From Catajapyx aquilonaris (taxonomy: Eukaryota), in assembly GCA_000934665.2 (NCBI GenBank), contig JYFJ02000319.1:1-64000 (forward strand): a stretch of 64,000 nt of DNA. The letters run 5' to 3'. This document shows positions 63,960 to 64,000 of the stretch, piece by piece. How positions within the stretch are numbered: position 1 is the stretch's first letter; each line of letters begins with the position of its first letter. The notes below the pieces were generated by a model. The model worked only from the letters and a program-made list of their open reading frames with translations, did no database searches and was not told the origin of the DNA. A program made the translations under genes and the position numbers.

Positions 63960-64000
<41 letters not shown>
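63960..64000. repeat. (AAT)n microsatellite running off the window, possibly a retroposon 3' tail
   Basis: Directly visible; preceded by a ~180 bp stretch that is richer in GC than its surroundings. Confidence 0.9.

Overview
Eukaryotic, intron-rich animal DNA, most likely an arthropod (inferred from the gene families and the many 50-70 nt introns). Five spliced protein-coding genes can be built by hand with consistent reading-frame phases. On the minus strand: an F-box/leucine-rich-repeat gene (~609 aa), an FLVCR-family MFS transporter (~444 aa) directly upstream of it, and a large Dbl-family RhoGEF (DH-PH, ~1643 aa, 13 coding exons). On the plus strand: a luciferase/4-coumarate-CoA-ligase-like adenylate-forming enzyme (~538 aa) and a probably secreted GMC oxidoreductase (~616 aa). 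A degenerate Helitron PIF1-helicase fragment lies at ~9.3-10.3 kb. Five intact tRNA-Lys(CTT) genes and one inverted pseudogene sit inside one RhoGEF intron. The last ~21 kb have no recognisable conserved gene. Most interesting: (1) an operon-like or shared-promoter coupling of FLVCR and the F-box gene; (2) an F-box splice donor that is the first unit of a (GTA)18 microsatellite; (3) the intronic tRNA array; (4) three non-standard splice sites in the luciferase-like gene; (5) signalling motifs in the RhoGEF N-terminus (SILK+RVxF, DSGxxS, YEEI, C4 module); (6) a candidate small secreted-peptide gene at ~45.3 kb. No database searches were possible; all family calls rest on recognised motifs.
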